Positions 55,301-64,000 of a DNA stretch of 64,000 nt are shown here, piece by piece. Within the stretch, counting starts at the first letter, position 1; each line of letters starts with the position of its first letter. A program made the translations under genes and the position numbers. The notes below the pieces were generated by a model that saw only the letters and a list, made by a program, of their open reading frames with translations, was not told the origin of the DNA and did not search any database. The DNA is from Candidatus Cloacimonadota bacterium (GTDB lineage Bacteria; Cloacimonadota; Cloacimonadia; Cloacimonadales; TCS61), in NCBI GenBank assembly GCA_034660955.1, contig JAYEKK010000226.1:1966-65965 (forward strand). The letters are read 5' to 3'.

Positions 55301-56530
55301 GGAATTGTAAGAAGTGCATTAATTACAGAAATGGAAGAGTTCACGGGTCCATTGTCTCCGCAATTTTTTACTGTAGCTCCTCTTGATTCTGTATCTGTAC
55401 ATCTATCCTGGCAACATGCAGGTGCAGATCACTTCAATGTTTATCGCAAATTTGAAAATGTTGTGACCCTGGCAGCAGATAATGTGCAAGATAACTATTA
55501 CACAGATAGCAACCTTGTTATTGGAGATACAATTTACTACCAGGTTACTGCCGTAGATGGCTCATTCGATCCGACAGAAAGTCTTCCTACTTCATGGGAA
55601 ATTGCAATTCCATATTTTACTCCTGAGCTTAGAGATATCAGAATGATCTCACAATATGAGATAAAACTCAAATTTGATCTGGAAGTTGATAATATCTATT
55701 CAGCCATTTTTTCTGTAGAATTTGGCAGAGAAAAAATTTATCCGATATCCGTAAATATGATCGAGCAAAATACTGCCTTGATCTTAAAGTTTAACATCCA
55801 ATTTGCTGAATATGATGATTACATTTTAAATATTTCAGGACTAACCGGCAAAACAGGTGTTCCGGTATCTCCGGGCCCCTATCAGTTCCAATACCAAGAG
55901 GATACTACGCCACCTGAAATAATCAATGTTGGGGCATCAAGTACAAATATTGTTAACATCATCTTCAGTGAAGCACTAGATGAACTCTTGGCAGAAGATT
56001 TAAGCAACTACACACTAATTTTTCCGGCAGTAGATAAAGATAATGAGATAGAAAACTTACAATATTTTGAGACTGATTCGTGTTATATAGCAATGCAGTT
56101 TAAAGATGAACTCAAATATACAAATCAGCCCTATTTTTTAAAAGTGAAAAACATTATAGATCTAGCTGGTAATTTAATTTCCAATAGCGGCAATAAATGT
56201 CATTTCAGCTTGACATCTATGTTAGGTTTAAAAAATCTAAAACAAATGGTAGTTTATCCTAATCCGCTTAATATCAGTGAAAACCTGATTGATAAGGTTA
56301 ATTTTATTAATCTTCCCACTGATGTTTCCGGCAGGATATGGATATATAATTTAGATGGAGAATTGATCTTTGAGAGCAAAGTGGGTCCTTATAATATTAA
56401 TGATCTGATGCCCTATTTCAGTTGGGAATGTGAAAACATTTTTGGCAACAGGATTTCATCAGGAATATATTTTTATCTTCTTAGAATGGGCAAGGATTCA
56501 CGCAAAGGAAAGATCATAATAATTAATTAG
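52352..56530 (+). CDS. subtilisin-like S8 serine protease with FG-GAP-like repeats, Ig-like modules and a T9SS-type CTD
   Basis: Catalytic triad contexts VGIVDSGL, HGTHVAGI and GTSMAAPFVSGA; oxyanion AAGNEG. CTD reads VYPNPLN...SGIYFYLL; 1392 aa. Confidence 0.9.
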   Translation: MKLGWNIILIMTISFSLYGMEYVPNQLIFKTTSQKQINNKTIGLENFDNFLADRDIDNLKSILPKSDNKYFVATFPNDINWDNIKNYQFDGIEYFQPNYLNEFYLHPNDPEFTNQQVHLDNCNIPQSWDYTVGNEQIIVGIVDSGLHFDHPDLQNNIFVNQDEIPDDGIDNDENGYIDDVNGWDFVDAPELSSIALGDYLQQDNDPSDELSHGTHVAGIISADTNNEEGVSGISWNSKLLIVRSGFKTLNGGYLQDDDAAAGIIYAADMGADVINLSWGDTNYSQIIADACYYAYNMGSIIVVAAGNEGATAEHQVVYPAQLSTTLAIGAVDRYKNLASFSSYGPQIDIVAPGQIVLSTFNTSPEDLYKEQSGTSMAAPFVSGAIALLLSVEPGLNFSEVRGRLISSADDLGEEGFDYIFGNGLLDAYSLLTHVSYPVIEITTPQDNAGLNSTFDIIGTVQCPNFWRYSVKYTSEEMPVSTDWHDVDSQIDYYYDPVEDDLIAQFIVNDDVSDDAYQIKVEVITADHQHYNYFRTVTIDQTAPEFYAEYAAYMKRYAAEIPEYYIQALFDEDVNIFLRQHPSTEFLPHFGDADSLQIIKVDAFPQNVLIDLKAENLCGLEIIIDSAYVFETDVQAVEIHGFNQIAIGNELVSIQKTYDFDGNGKNELFALEIEDELQTLKIFELNGEELITKHEFSAVFWPNDMGNTNESGMEVMGIQLDRPLILETSGGTYPSEPIFVDENALGANFADYDDDGIDEVILVKNEDIDGISHRVLTLNQRNGNDFNREELIFNTTPTSLKNFFSTKVVCDKLDNDNYQDILAADKDGDIMIFERESDDFEMVWNYRLPVGNAYNLCSGDFTGDGESEFCVGGYNQDASDPARSFSYYEFFKNTGTNNEFQSLDYLAFSEIDTKNSIASADMNGDGDDEIVIAAPPNIYIIDYIDGQFQPIWQGISVKTSSNVIAFSGKTALQDAFIITNMKDGGIVRSALITEMEEFTGPLSPQFFTVAPLDSVSVHLSWQHAGADHFNVYRKFENVVTLAADNVQDNYYTDSNLVIGDTIYYQVTAVDGSFDPTESLPTSWEIAIPYFTPELRDIRMISQYEIKLKFDLEVDNIYSAIFSVEFGREKIYPISVNMIEQNTALILKFNIQFAEYDDYILNISGLTGKTGVPVSPGPYQFQYQEDTTPPEIINVGASSTNIVNIIFSEALDELLAEDLSNYTLIFPAVDKDNEIENLQYFETDSCYIAMQFKDELKYTNQPYFLKVKNIIDLAGNLISNSGNKCHFSLTSMLGLKNLKQMVVYPNPLNISENLIDKVNFINLPTDVSGRIWIYNLDGELIFESKVGPYNINDLMPYFSWECENIFGNRISSGIYFYLLRMGKDSRKGKIIIIN

Positions 56531-56550
56531 ATTTCGTAAAGGAGACGACC

Positions 56551-57366
56551 ATGATTTCATTAGATTGGCAAGAAAGACTAAAAATGGATACACAAGATTT
56601 TGTAGAGCAAAAATTACCTAAAGGCAACTATGATATTGATATAGTTTATAATGCATATCCGCAAAGAATCGACGGCAATATTCCAAATGCCGTAATTACT
56701 CTGGTTGGAAAAACAATAGCAGCTAAAATATATAAAAAAGCGGATAAATATTTTGATTTCTACGATTACATTTTAAAGAAAAAAGGTGAGCATGGCGGAA
56801 TAATATTTGCCTATATTATGGCTCGAGCAATAAAAAAACAACCTGTATTATTCCTTAATTATATAGAGGAGTTCTTCTTTAATACACATGATCAAAAAAC
56901 GTGTAACCTGGTTATGGATAAAGCAATATATCCACTTCTAAAGAAAAATGCCCTAGAGCATATTGACTTGATAATTAACTGGATAAAAAAGGATAATAAG
57001 TTACTCGAAGAGAGCATAATTAAATTGTTGAATAAAATTATCGGGCAAAATACAAAACTCATTGCGCCTATCTTTAAAAAATTAGAAACTTCCTGGCTTT
57101 ATGCAACTCCAAATATTATGAAGGTTAATTCAAAATTTTTAAAAGCTATCTATAAAAAAGATAAGAAATTCTATTTATCCGTTTATCAGAATTATCAATC
57201 AACCAGAAACCCGATATTTGCAGAGATTCTTTGTGAAGCTATTTGCTGCTATGATAACAATATTCAAACAATTTGTGATACATGGTCACATAGCGGAAAC
57301 ATTAAGGTGAAAAAGATAGGTATACACGGACTAAAATTACTAAAAAGTAGAAAAGGCAAAAAATAA
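56551..57366 (+). CDS. hypothetical protein (all-helical, HEAT-like?)
   Basis: AAGGAG RBS; 271-aa ORF. Stop overlaps the greA ATG (TAATG). Confidence 0.5.
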   Translation: MISLDWQERLKMDTQDFVEQKLPKGNYDIDIVYNAYPQRIDGNIPNAVITLVGKTIAAKIYKKADKYFDFYDYILKKKGEHGGIIFAYIMARAIKKQPVLFLNYIEEFFFNTHDQKTCNLVMDKAIYPLLKKNALEHIDLIINWIKKDNKLLEESIIKLLNKIIGQNTKLIAPIFKKLETSWLYATPNIMKVNSKFLKAIYKKDKKFYLSVYQNYQSTRNPIFAEILCEAICCYDNNIQTICDTWSHSGNIKVKKIGIHGLKLLKSRKGKK

Positions 57367-57836
57367 TGGCGAACTATATTACAAAAGAGGGGATGCGGCG
57401 CCTTAGGACGCGGTTACAGGAACTCATTAAGGAAAGGCCGACTGTCATAAAACAAGTGGTTACCGCACGTGAAATGGGAGATCTGAGTGAAAATGCAGAA
57501 TATCATGCAGCGAGAGAAAGACAGAGATTTCTTGAAAATGAATTTAATCATTTAAAAAAGAGAATAGATCATTTACAAGTTATAGATGTTGCAAATATCC
57601 CAAAAGATGCTGTAAGATTTGGGGCGAGGGTTTTAGTAAAAGAACTTAAAGATAATTCTCGGAGAAAAGTGCAACTGGTTGGTGTTGATGAGATATTTGC
57701 ATCGGAAGATGAATATGAAAGAATTTCTATTTTATCTCCCGTGGGCAAACCCATGATCGGGAAAAAAGTGGGCGAACAATTCACTGTTATTGCACCTATC
57801 GGCAAAAGAGAATTTGAAATATTAAAAATTAAATAG
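57366..57836 (+). CDS. greA: transcription elongation factor GreA
   Basis: GDLSENAEYHAARERQ motif; 156 aa. Confidence 0.95.
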   Translation: MANYITKEGMRRLRTRLQELIKERPTVIKQVVTAREMGDLSENAEYHAARERQRFLENEFNHLKKRIDHLQVIDVANIPKDAVRFGARVLVKELKDNSRRKVQLVGVDEIFASEDEYERISILSPVGKPMIGKKVGEQFTVIAPIGKREFEILKIK

Positions 57837-57851
57837 GATAAAGAGGAAAAA

Positions 57852-59267
57852 ATGAAAAAAACAGACGAATTACGAAAAAAACTAACTTATTTAAGAAAAA
57901 ACTTTTGGAATGAAGCTTCTGCTAAAGAGCAAAAAGCGGCTTTAAATTTTTCAGAAGGTTACAAAAACTTCCTTGATGAAGCCAAAACCGAACGTGAATC
58001 TATCGACTTTTACGCAAAAGAATTAGAGAAACAAGGTTATAAAGAAATTGATAACGGAAAGAAATCTAAAAAAGTTTTTCGTATCTCCAGAAATAAGAAT
58101 GCCGGCATCGCATTTATCGGCAAGAACCCGATCTCAGAAGGTGTGAATCTTATTGTATCGCATATTGATGCTCCACGGGTGGACCTTAAGCAGAACCCGC
58201 TTTTTGAAGATAGCGGCACAAACCTGGGTATGATGAGAACTCATTATTATGGCGGAATTAAAAAATATCAATGGATGTCTACTCCACTTGCTCTTCATGG
58301 AACCATCATAAAAAAGAATGGTGAAAAAGTGAATATCTGTATCGGGGAAGATGAGAAAGACCCGGTTTTTGTTATGCCGGATCTGCTTCCGCATTTAGCC
58401 AGAAAAATTCAATATACAAAAAAGATCGGAGAAGCGGTGGATGCTGAAAAGATGAATATGGTTTTCAACTCAATTCCATATCCTAAAGATAAAGAAGCTA
58501 AGGAAGCTGTTAAATTGAACGCACTTGTTCTTCTAAATGAAAAGTACGGTATAACTGAAGAAGATTTTTTGAGTGCTGAAATCGAGATAGTTCCCGCCGG
58601 AAAGGCTCGTGATGCCGGACTCGACAGAAGTTTAGTTCTCGGTTATGGACAGGATGACAGAATTTGCGCTTACACTTCTGCCAGTGCGATATTCGATGCA
58701 AAAGAGAAATTAGAGAAAACTGCAATTGTATATTTGGCAGATAAAGAAGAGATCGGAAGTGATGGAAATACAGGTGCAAAATCTATTTTTATTGTAGATT
58801 TTATTGCTGACCTCCTTAAGCATAACGGCGAGGCTTATGATAGCTCAACTTTAAGAAAAACACTTATAAACAGTCAGGTTTTATCTGCCGATGTTAATGC
58901 TGGAATTAATCCAAACTTCCCTTCTGTTCATGAAAAAGAAAATGCTGTTCATATTGGATTTGGCGTTAGCGTAACCAAGTTTACCGGAAGCGGTGGCAAG
59001 GGCGGATCAAACGATGCGAATGCAGAATTTAATTCTAAAATAATTGAAATTTATAATAGAAATAATGTGTGCTGGCAGACCGGTGCACTTGGTAAAGTAG
59101 ATGAAGGTGGTGGTGGAACTATTGCTAAGTTCATGGCTGAGCATGGTGCAGAAGTTATTGATTGCGGTCCTGGTGTTTTAGGAATGCACTCACTTTATGA
59201 ACTCACCAGTAAGGCCGATGTCTACTCATCATACAAAGCTTATAAAGCATTTTTTGAGAATGCATAA
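57852..59267 (+). CDS. M18 family aminopeptidase
   Basis: SHIDAPRVDLKQNPL, THYYGGIKKYQW, DLLPHL, GQDDRICAY and DKEEIGS. Confidence 0.85.
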   Translation: MKKTDELRKKLTYLRKNFWNEASAKEQKAALNFSEGYKNFLDEAKTERESIDFYAKELEKQGYKEIDNGKKSKKVFRISRNKNAGIAFIGKNPISEGVNLIVSHIDAPRVDLKQNPLFEDSGTNLGMMRTHYYGGIKKYQWMSTPLALHGTIIKKNGEKVNICIGEDEKDPVFVMPDLLPHLARKIQYTKKIGEAVDAEKMNMVFNSIPYPKDKEAKEAVKLNALVLLNEKYGITEEDFLSAEIEIVPAGKARDAGLDRSLVLGYGQDDRICAYTSASAIFDAKEKLEKTAIVYLADKEEIGSDGNTGAKSIFIVDFIADLLKHNGEAYDSSTLRKTLINSQVLSADVNAGINPNFPSVHEKENAVHIGFGVSVTKFTGSGGKGGSNDANAEFNSKIIEIYNRNNVCWQTGALGKVDEGGGGTIAKFMAEHGAEVIDCGPGVLGMHSLYELTSKADVYSSYKAYKAFFENA

Positions 59268-59280
59268 ACCGGAGAAACTA

Positions 59281-60015
59281 GTGAAAAAAACATTAATCCT
59301 GATCATTGTTCTGTTTGCTCTATTTGGATGCAGCAGTAATAAATTAGCAAAAACTATGCCTGTTGAAAAAAAAATGGAAATAGCAAACAACTTATTTGAA
59401 AACGAAAAATTCAGTAAGGCGATACCATATTATACTGAAGTAGTTTTTGAACGTAACTCAGTTTATACACCTATTGCTCAAATGAAGCTGGCAGATTGTT
59501 ATTTTAACCAGAATAAATTTACCGAGGCAAGGTTTGAATATCAAGAACTGATACGACTGTTTTCTGACTATAAAGATATTGGAAGAGCTTATTTTCAACT
59601 TGGCATCTGTTACTTCAATGAAACACAGTCTCCTCATTACACACAGGAAGAAACATACAGAGCAATCTCTGCTTTCGAAACATTCATAGAAAAATTCCCA
59701 TTTGACAGTTTGAAAAAAGAAGCGATTGATTATATTCAGCAATGCAGGTACAAACTACTGATGAAAAGTTATTATAATGGCTATGCTTACTATAAACTAT
59801 ACGATTACAGCGGTGCATTAATGTATTTTGATGAAATTATAGAATTGGGAAATAACAATGATCCGGACAGAATGTCTCTTTATTATGCCACAAAAATTTA
59901 TCTGGCAAGAGATGATTTTGAGAATGCAAAACTTACCGGGCAGAAACTCATCAGGCGTTATCCCCAAACAGAAGAAGCGGAAAAAATTGCAACTGAATTA
60001 GAAAAAATAAAATAA
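59281..60015 (+). CDS. bamD: outer membrane protein assembly factor BamD-like TPR lipoprotein
   Basis: GTG at 59281, 6 nt after GGAG. Lipobox LFGC. TPR-like repeats (FSKAIPYY..., KFTEARFEYQELI...). Confidence 0.7.
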   Translation: MKKTLILIIVLFALFGCSSNKLAKTMPVEKKMEIANNLFENEKFSKAIPYYTEVVFERNSVYTPIAQMKLADCYFNQNKFTEARFEYQELIRLFSDYKDIGRAYFQLGICYFNETQSPHYTQEETYRAISAFETFIEKFPFDSLKKEAIDYIQQCRYKLLMKSYYNGYAYYKLYDYSGALMYFDEIIELGNNNDPDRMSLYYATKIYLARDDFENAKLTGQKLIRRYPQTEEAEKIATELEKIK

Positions 60016-60593
60016 TGAAAATTGGATTATTGGGCGGTTCGTTCAATCCGGTGCATAACGGACACATCGAATTGGCACAGACTGCCCTTGATTCTTTTAA
60101 ACTGGATAAAATACTCTTCCTGCCTTCAGGCAACCATCCGCTAAAAAAACACAGCAGCATACTACCTATAGAAATAAGATACGACCTGACCAAGAAAGCA
60201 ATAGCTTCCAAACCCAATTTTGAAATTTCTCGTCTTGATATGGAAACTGAAACTCCAAGTTATACAAAACTTCTTATAATGCGCCTTTATAATGAATTTC
60301 CACAAGATAAATTTTATTTTATTGCCGGCAGCGACATAATTTCTGAACTGAAAAAATGGCACGATTGTAAGTGGATTTTGGATAATATTGAATTTATTAT
60401 TGCTCACCGGCCAAACATTGATAGATCTGCCTGGAACGAACTAGAGTATATTGATAAACTCCATTTCATGGAGATGGAACAGATTGATATTTCTTCTACA
60501 ATTATAAGAGAATTGATTACAAATGGCAAAGATATTTCAGCTTTAGTCCCAACCAATATCAAAAAGGAACTGATCACGCTTTATACCCGTTAA
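60015..60593 (+). CDS. nadD: nicotinate-nucleotide adenylyltransferase
   Basis: GLLGGSFNPVHNGH and ISSTIIRE. Confidence 0.9.
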   Translation: MKIGLLGGSFNPVHNGHIELAQTALDSFKLDKILFLPSGNHPLKKHSSILPIEIRYDLTKKAIASKPNFEISRLDMETETPSYTKLLIMRLYNEFPQDKFYFIAGSDIISELKKWHDCKWILDNIEFIIAHRPNIDRSAWNELEYIDKLHFMEMEQIDISSTIIRELITNGKDISALVPTNIKKELITLYTR

Positions 60594-60724
60594 AAATTCA
60601 TATTCCGTCAAAGCTAACTAACCTTCTCATAATTAATAACCTTAGCGTAATCTATATCTTGACAACAGAAAGCACTAACAGATTTTCTACCGGAAATTAT
60701 AAATTAAGTATCTTGGGAAATTAA

Positions 60725-61102
60725 ATGATTCTGGAAATAAGCGAAGAAAGAGCAATTGAGTTGATAGAAAAATTATCGAATTTCATTGCTAAAAAAAGAA
60801 TGGCAGCACCTGCAATAATGACAATTGAATCTTTGCGTCCACTTGCCAGGATCGGCAGCCAGCTCATGCATTTTTTAGCTCCCTTTGCAGAGATCATTTT
60901 CAACCCAAAAGAATACCAGGAATTTGCAGTATTATTAGAAAACGAAGAATATGTTCGCCTTCTGATAAAACGTATTGACGAAATTGATGTGGATATGTTT
61001 CGTGAGGAACGTAAAAGTAGAAGATTAAGACGAAAAAGAAGAAGAAACAAAATATTGCAGTTCTTTAAAATTAAGAAAAAAGATAAGAATAATAAATTGT
61101 AA
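60725..61102 (+). CDS. hypothetical small protein with a hydrophobic core segment and an Arg/Lys-rich tail
   Basis: 125-aa ORF with tail RKSRRLRRKRRRNK...KKKDKNNKL. Stop lies 1 nt before the next ORF. Confidence 0.45.
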   Translation: MILEISEERAIELIEKLSNFIAKKRMAAPAIMTIESLRPLARIGSQLMHFLAPFAEIIFNPKEYQEFAVLLENEEYVRLLIKRIDEIDVDMFREERKSRRLRRKRRRNKILQFFKIKKKDKNNKL

Positions 61103-61103
61103 A

Positions 61104-62981
61104 ATGGAGGAAAATATGGGCAATACTCAGAAGCTTAAGAGGATCATTGCTACCGATTGCGGTAGCACTACAACAAAATCGATTCTTATTGAGTATGTCG
61201 ATGGTGAATACCGGCAAACAGTTCGCGGTGAAGCTCCCACAACTGTGGAAAAACCATTAAACGATGTGACTAGAGGTGTTGTTAATGCAGTTACGGAATT
61301 AGAAGAACTTGCACGATTGAAATATAACGATGACAGCATCAAATTTGTTAAAGATGAAAAGATCTGGCTCACCGATAAGGAAGGTGAAGGCGTGGATGCC
61401 TATGTATCTACCAGTAGTGCCGGTGGCGGACTGCAAATGATGGTTACCGGTGTTGTTGCTAAAATGACCGGAGAGAGCGCAGAGCGTGCTGCTCTGGGTG
61501 CAGGTGCTATCGTGATGGACCTTATTGCCAGCAACGATAAACGTGCAAACTATGAGAAGATAGAAAGAATTCGTCAACTGCGACCGGACATGATACTTAT
61601 GGCAGGCGGTATAGATGGAGGAACTACAAAACATGTAGCGGAACTAGCGGAACTTGTTGGCGCTGCCGATCCTAAACCGCGTCTGGGTTCCAGCTATAAG
61701 CTTCCGGTAATTTATGCTGGAAATACAAAAGCTCAAGATATTATTAGAGAAACACTAGGAGACAAAACAGACCTCATTATTACCGAGAATCTTCGTCCTG
61801 TTTTAGAACGAGAAAATCTGGGTCCTGCCAGAGATAAGATCCATGATCTTTTTATGGAACACGTGATGGCACAAGCTCCCGGATACAACAAACTAATGAG
61901 TTGGGCTAAGGGACCAATAAATGGTAAGCTTGTGAACATTCCAATTATGCCAACTCCTGCAGCAGTAGGAAACATTATGCAGACTATTGCAAAGATCAAT
62001 AATATCGAGGTTCTGGGAGTTGACATTGGTGGTGCAACAACTGATGTATTCTCCGTATTCACGGAAGATAAAGTATTTAATAGAACTGTGAGCGCAAACC
62101 TGGGAATGAGTTACAGTATTTCTAATGTTCTGGCAACTGCCGGTCTAAAAAATATCCTGCGCTGGGTTCCATTTGACATTGATGAATCTGAACTTCTTAA
62201 TATGATAAAAAATAAGATGATCCGTCCAACCACAATTCCACAAAAACTGGAAGAACTTGTACTGGAACAGGCAATTGCCAAAGAAGCTCTGAGATACGCT
62301 TTTATCCAACATAAAGAATTTGCAGTGGGTCTCAAAGGCGGACAGAAAAAACGTGAGATCGCCGATGCATTTGCTCAATCAGTATCCGGGGCAAGTATTG
62401 TAAATCTTATGAGCCTGAATCTTCTGGTTGGCAGTGGCGGTGTAATGTCACATGCTCCGCGCAGAAATCAATCTGTAATGATGCTGATAGATGCATTCCT
62501 GCCGGAAGGAATTACCAGGCTTGCAGTTGATAGCATCTTTATGATGCCTCAACTTGGTGTTCTGGCAGAGATCAGTGAAAAGGCAGCCACGGAAGTATTT
62601 GAAAAAGACTGTCTTATTTATCTTGGAAGCTGCGTAGCTCCGGTAGGCACAATGAAACCGGGTAAGATTGCTTTAGTTGCAAAACTTGAGCTTCCTTCTG
62701 GTGAAGTATTTGAAGAAAGTATCCCCTTCGGTGAAGTGAGACTTATTCCTTGCGGTGTTGGTGAAGCGGCAAAAGCTACTTTAAAACCGGGTAAAGGATT
62801 GGATATTGGTGCAGGTAAAAATCAGGAAATGTCTTGTGATCTGCATGGTGGTGTTGTTGGAATAGTTTTGGATACTCGAGGAAGACGACCGTTCGTATTG
62901 CCGGTTGATGCTTCTCAGCGTGTTTCGCTACTTAAAAAGTGGATGAAAGAATTCGATGTTTATCCAGAAGAAATTTTATAG
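61104..62981 (+). CDS. GlmL/MutL-family ASKHA ATPase (glutamate-mutase accessory-protein-like); likely start is the ATG at 61116, after GGAGG
   Basis: DCGSTTTK, SSAGGGLQMMVTGVV..TGESAERAALGAGA, PDMILMAGGIDGG, PVIYAGN, IMPTPAAV and GVDIGGATTDVFSV. Confidence 0.7.
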   Translation: MEENMGNTQKLKRIIATDCGSTTTKSILIEYVDGEYRQTVRGEAPTTVEKPLNDVTRGVVNAVTELEELARLKYNDDSIKFVKDEKIWLTDKEGEGVDAYVSTSSAGGGLQMMVTGVVAKMTGESAERAALGAGAIVMDLIASNDKRANYEKIERIRQLRPDMILMAGGIDGGTTKHVAELAELVGAADPKPRLGSSYKLPVIYAGNTKAQDIIRETLGDKTDLIITENLRPVLERENLGPARDKIHDLFMEHVMAQAPGYNKLMSWAKGPINGKLVNIPIMPTPAAVGNIMQTIAKINNIEVLGVDIGGATTDVFSVFTEDKVFNRTVSANLGMSYSISNVLATAGLKNILRWVPFDIDESELLNMIKNKMIRPTTIPQKLEELVLEQAIAKEALRYAFIQHKEFAVGLKGGQKKREIADAFAQSVSGASIVNLMSLNLLVGSGGVMSHAPRRNQSVMMLIDAFLPEGITRLAVDSIFMMPQLGVLAEISEKAATEVFEKDCLIYLGSCVAPVGTMKPGKIALVAKLELPSGEVFEESIPFGEVRLIPCGVGEAAKATLKPGKGLDIGAGKNQEMSCDLHGGVVGIVLDTRGRRPFVLPVDASQRVSLLKKWMKEFDVYPEEIL

Positions 62982-62990
62982 GAGGTTAGA

Positions 62991-64000
62991 ATGGCTCAAG
63001 CATATTCCCCAGGATTGACAGTAACAAAAAGTATAGTACTTAAAAAAGATAGAATTCTTCCTCTTAAAGGAAAAGTTCTAGTTAAAAAAGGCGATAAAGT
63101 AAAAGCGGAAGATGTAGTTGCAGAAACTCTTCTTCCCGGTAAAGTGGTTCCTTTCAACCTGGCTAATAAGCTTGGTGTACCTGCCGAGATGTTAGGACAG
63201 TATCTCAAAGTTAAGGCCGGTGATGAACTAAAAAAAGGACAGGTCATGGCAGAAACGAACGGATTTTTTGGTTTCTTTAAAACTTCCATAAAATCTCCGC
63301 TTGATGGTGAAATTGAAAACATCTCTAAATTGACAGGACAGATGCTGCTGCGTGAACCAAAAATTCCTATCCAGGTAAAAGCATTTATCGATGGTATAGT
63401 TGTGGAAGTGGTAAAAGAAGAAGGCGTTATCATTGAAAACAAATCTGCCTATATTCAAGGGATCTTCGGGCTCAGCGGAGAACGCTCCGGTGAGATTAAG
63501 ATACTTGCTTCCTCGCCAGAAGACATTATCGAACCTTCCAAAGTAGACGATTCATGTAAGGATAAAATAATCGTCTGCGGTGCACTTGTTAGTTATGCAG
63601 TTGTTAAGAAAGCACAAAAAGTTGGAGTAAGTGGTATTATTTCCGGCGGTATTGATGACAAGGATCTTAAAAAACTGCTCGGTTACAATATTGGTGTAGC
63701 AATAACAGGTCATGAAGAGATCGGGCTTACAATTGTGATCACAGAAGGATTCGGTGTTATCAAAATGGCAAAAAGTTGTTTTGAGTTGCTTAAAAACTTC
63801 GAGGGACATAAAGCTTCGATTCACGGAATAACTCAGATCAGAGCTGGCGTTATGCGCCCTGAGATCATTATTCCTATCAAGTTCAAAAAAGAAGAACTCA
63901 AGGTTGAAGAAGCTAAGATGGCTACACTGGAAATCGGTACTACTATCCGTGTGATCCGACAACCTAATTTCGGATTATTGGGAAAAGTTACAGGTCTGCC
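62991..64000 (+). CDS. conserved hypothetical protein with a barrel-sandwich (lipoyl-like) N-terminal region; 3' end off the window (not in ORF track)
   Basis: GGAGG RBS, then ATG at 62991. Own translation MAQAYSPGLTVTKSIVLKKDRILPLKGKVLVKKGDKVKAEDVVAE...SPLDGEIENIS...GVSGIISGGIDDKDL...ITEGFG... is open to the window edge. Confidence 0.65.
   Translation, partial: MAQAYSPGLTVTKSIVLKKDRILPLKGKVLVKKGDKVKAEDVVAETLLPGKVVPFNLANKLGVPAEMLGQYLKVKAGDELKKGQVMAETNGFFGFFKTSIKSPLDGEIENISKLTGQMLLREPKIPIQVKAFIDGIVVEVVKEEGVIIENKSAYIQGIFGLSGERSGEIKILASSPEDIIEPSKVDDSCKDKIIVCGALVSYAVVKKAQKVGVSGIISGGIDDKDLKKLLGYNIGVAITGHEEIGLTIVITEGFGVIKMAKSCFELLKNFEGHKASIHGITQIRAGVMRPEIIIPIKFKKEELKVEEAKMATLEIGTTIRVIRQPNFGLLGKVTGL

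Overview
This is a visibly AT-rich, densely coded bacterial chromosome segment. I call about 55 protein genes and one structured RNA. I saw no rRNA, tRNA, CRISPR array, transposase or integrase. The backbone is housekeeping. It includes lnt, recJ, RNase P RNA (rnpB, found by eye and absent from the ORF track) and purA. The classic rpmH-rnpA-yidD-yidC-jag cluster follows (rpmH is also absent from the track). After that come comM, nnr, mazG, mfd, a small polysaccharide cluster, lgt, purB, pssA, comF, efp, greA, bamD and nadD. Five large secreted proteins end in a C-terminal domain resembling the T9SS / FlgD-Ig-like sorting domain, and a PorV/PorQ-like barrel lies among them. That suggests a T9SS-using organism of the FCB group or a related candidate phylum; this lineage guess is low confidence. 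The clearest accessory element is a two-gene ABC-type ATPase plus RloB/TOPRIM-like module (AbiL-like) at 11.3-13.3 kb. It sits on the opposite strand directly behind the rpmH-jag cluster, next to a divergent zinc-ribbon membrane protein. The second notable theme is a varied population of short GC-rich palindromic or tandem elements filling the larger intergenic gaps, where they generate phantom ORFs. One family member appears to sit in frame inside the nnr coding sequence. Other oddities:
- an M6-like protease with HQxxH instead of HExxH
- a purA P-loop reading GDEAKAK
- a peptidase ORF whose signal peptide lies upstream of any canonical start codon
- a Cho-like half-UvrC gene divergent from mfd
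- an orphan etfB
- a GlmL-family ATPase trio with no mutase in view

All functional calls come from motif recognition by eye. No database search was run.
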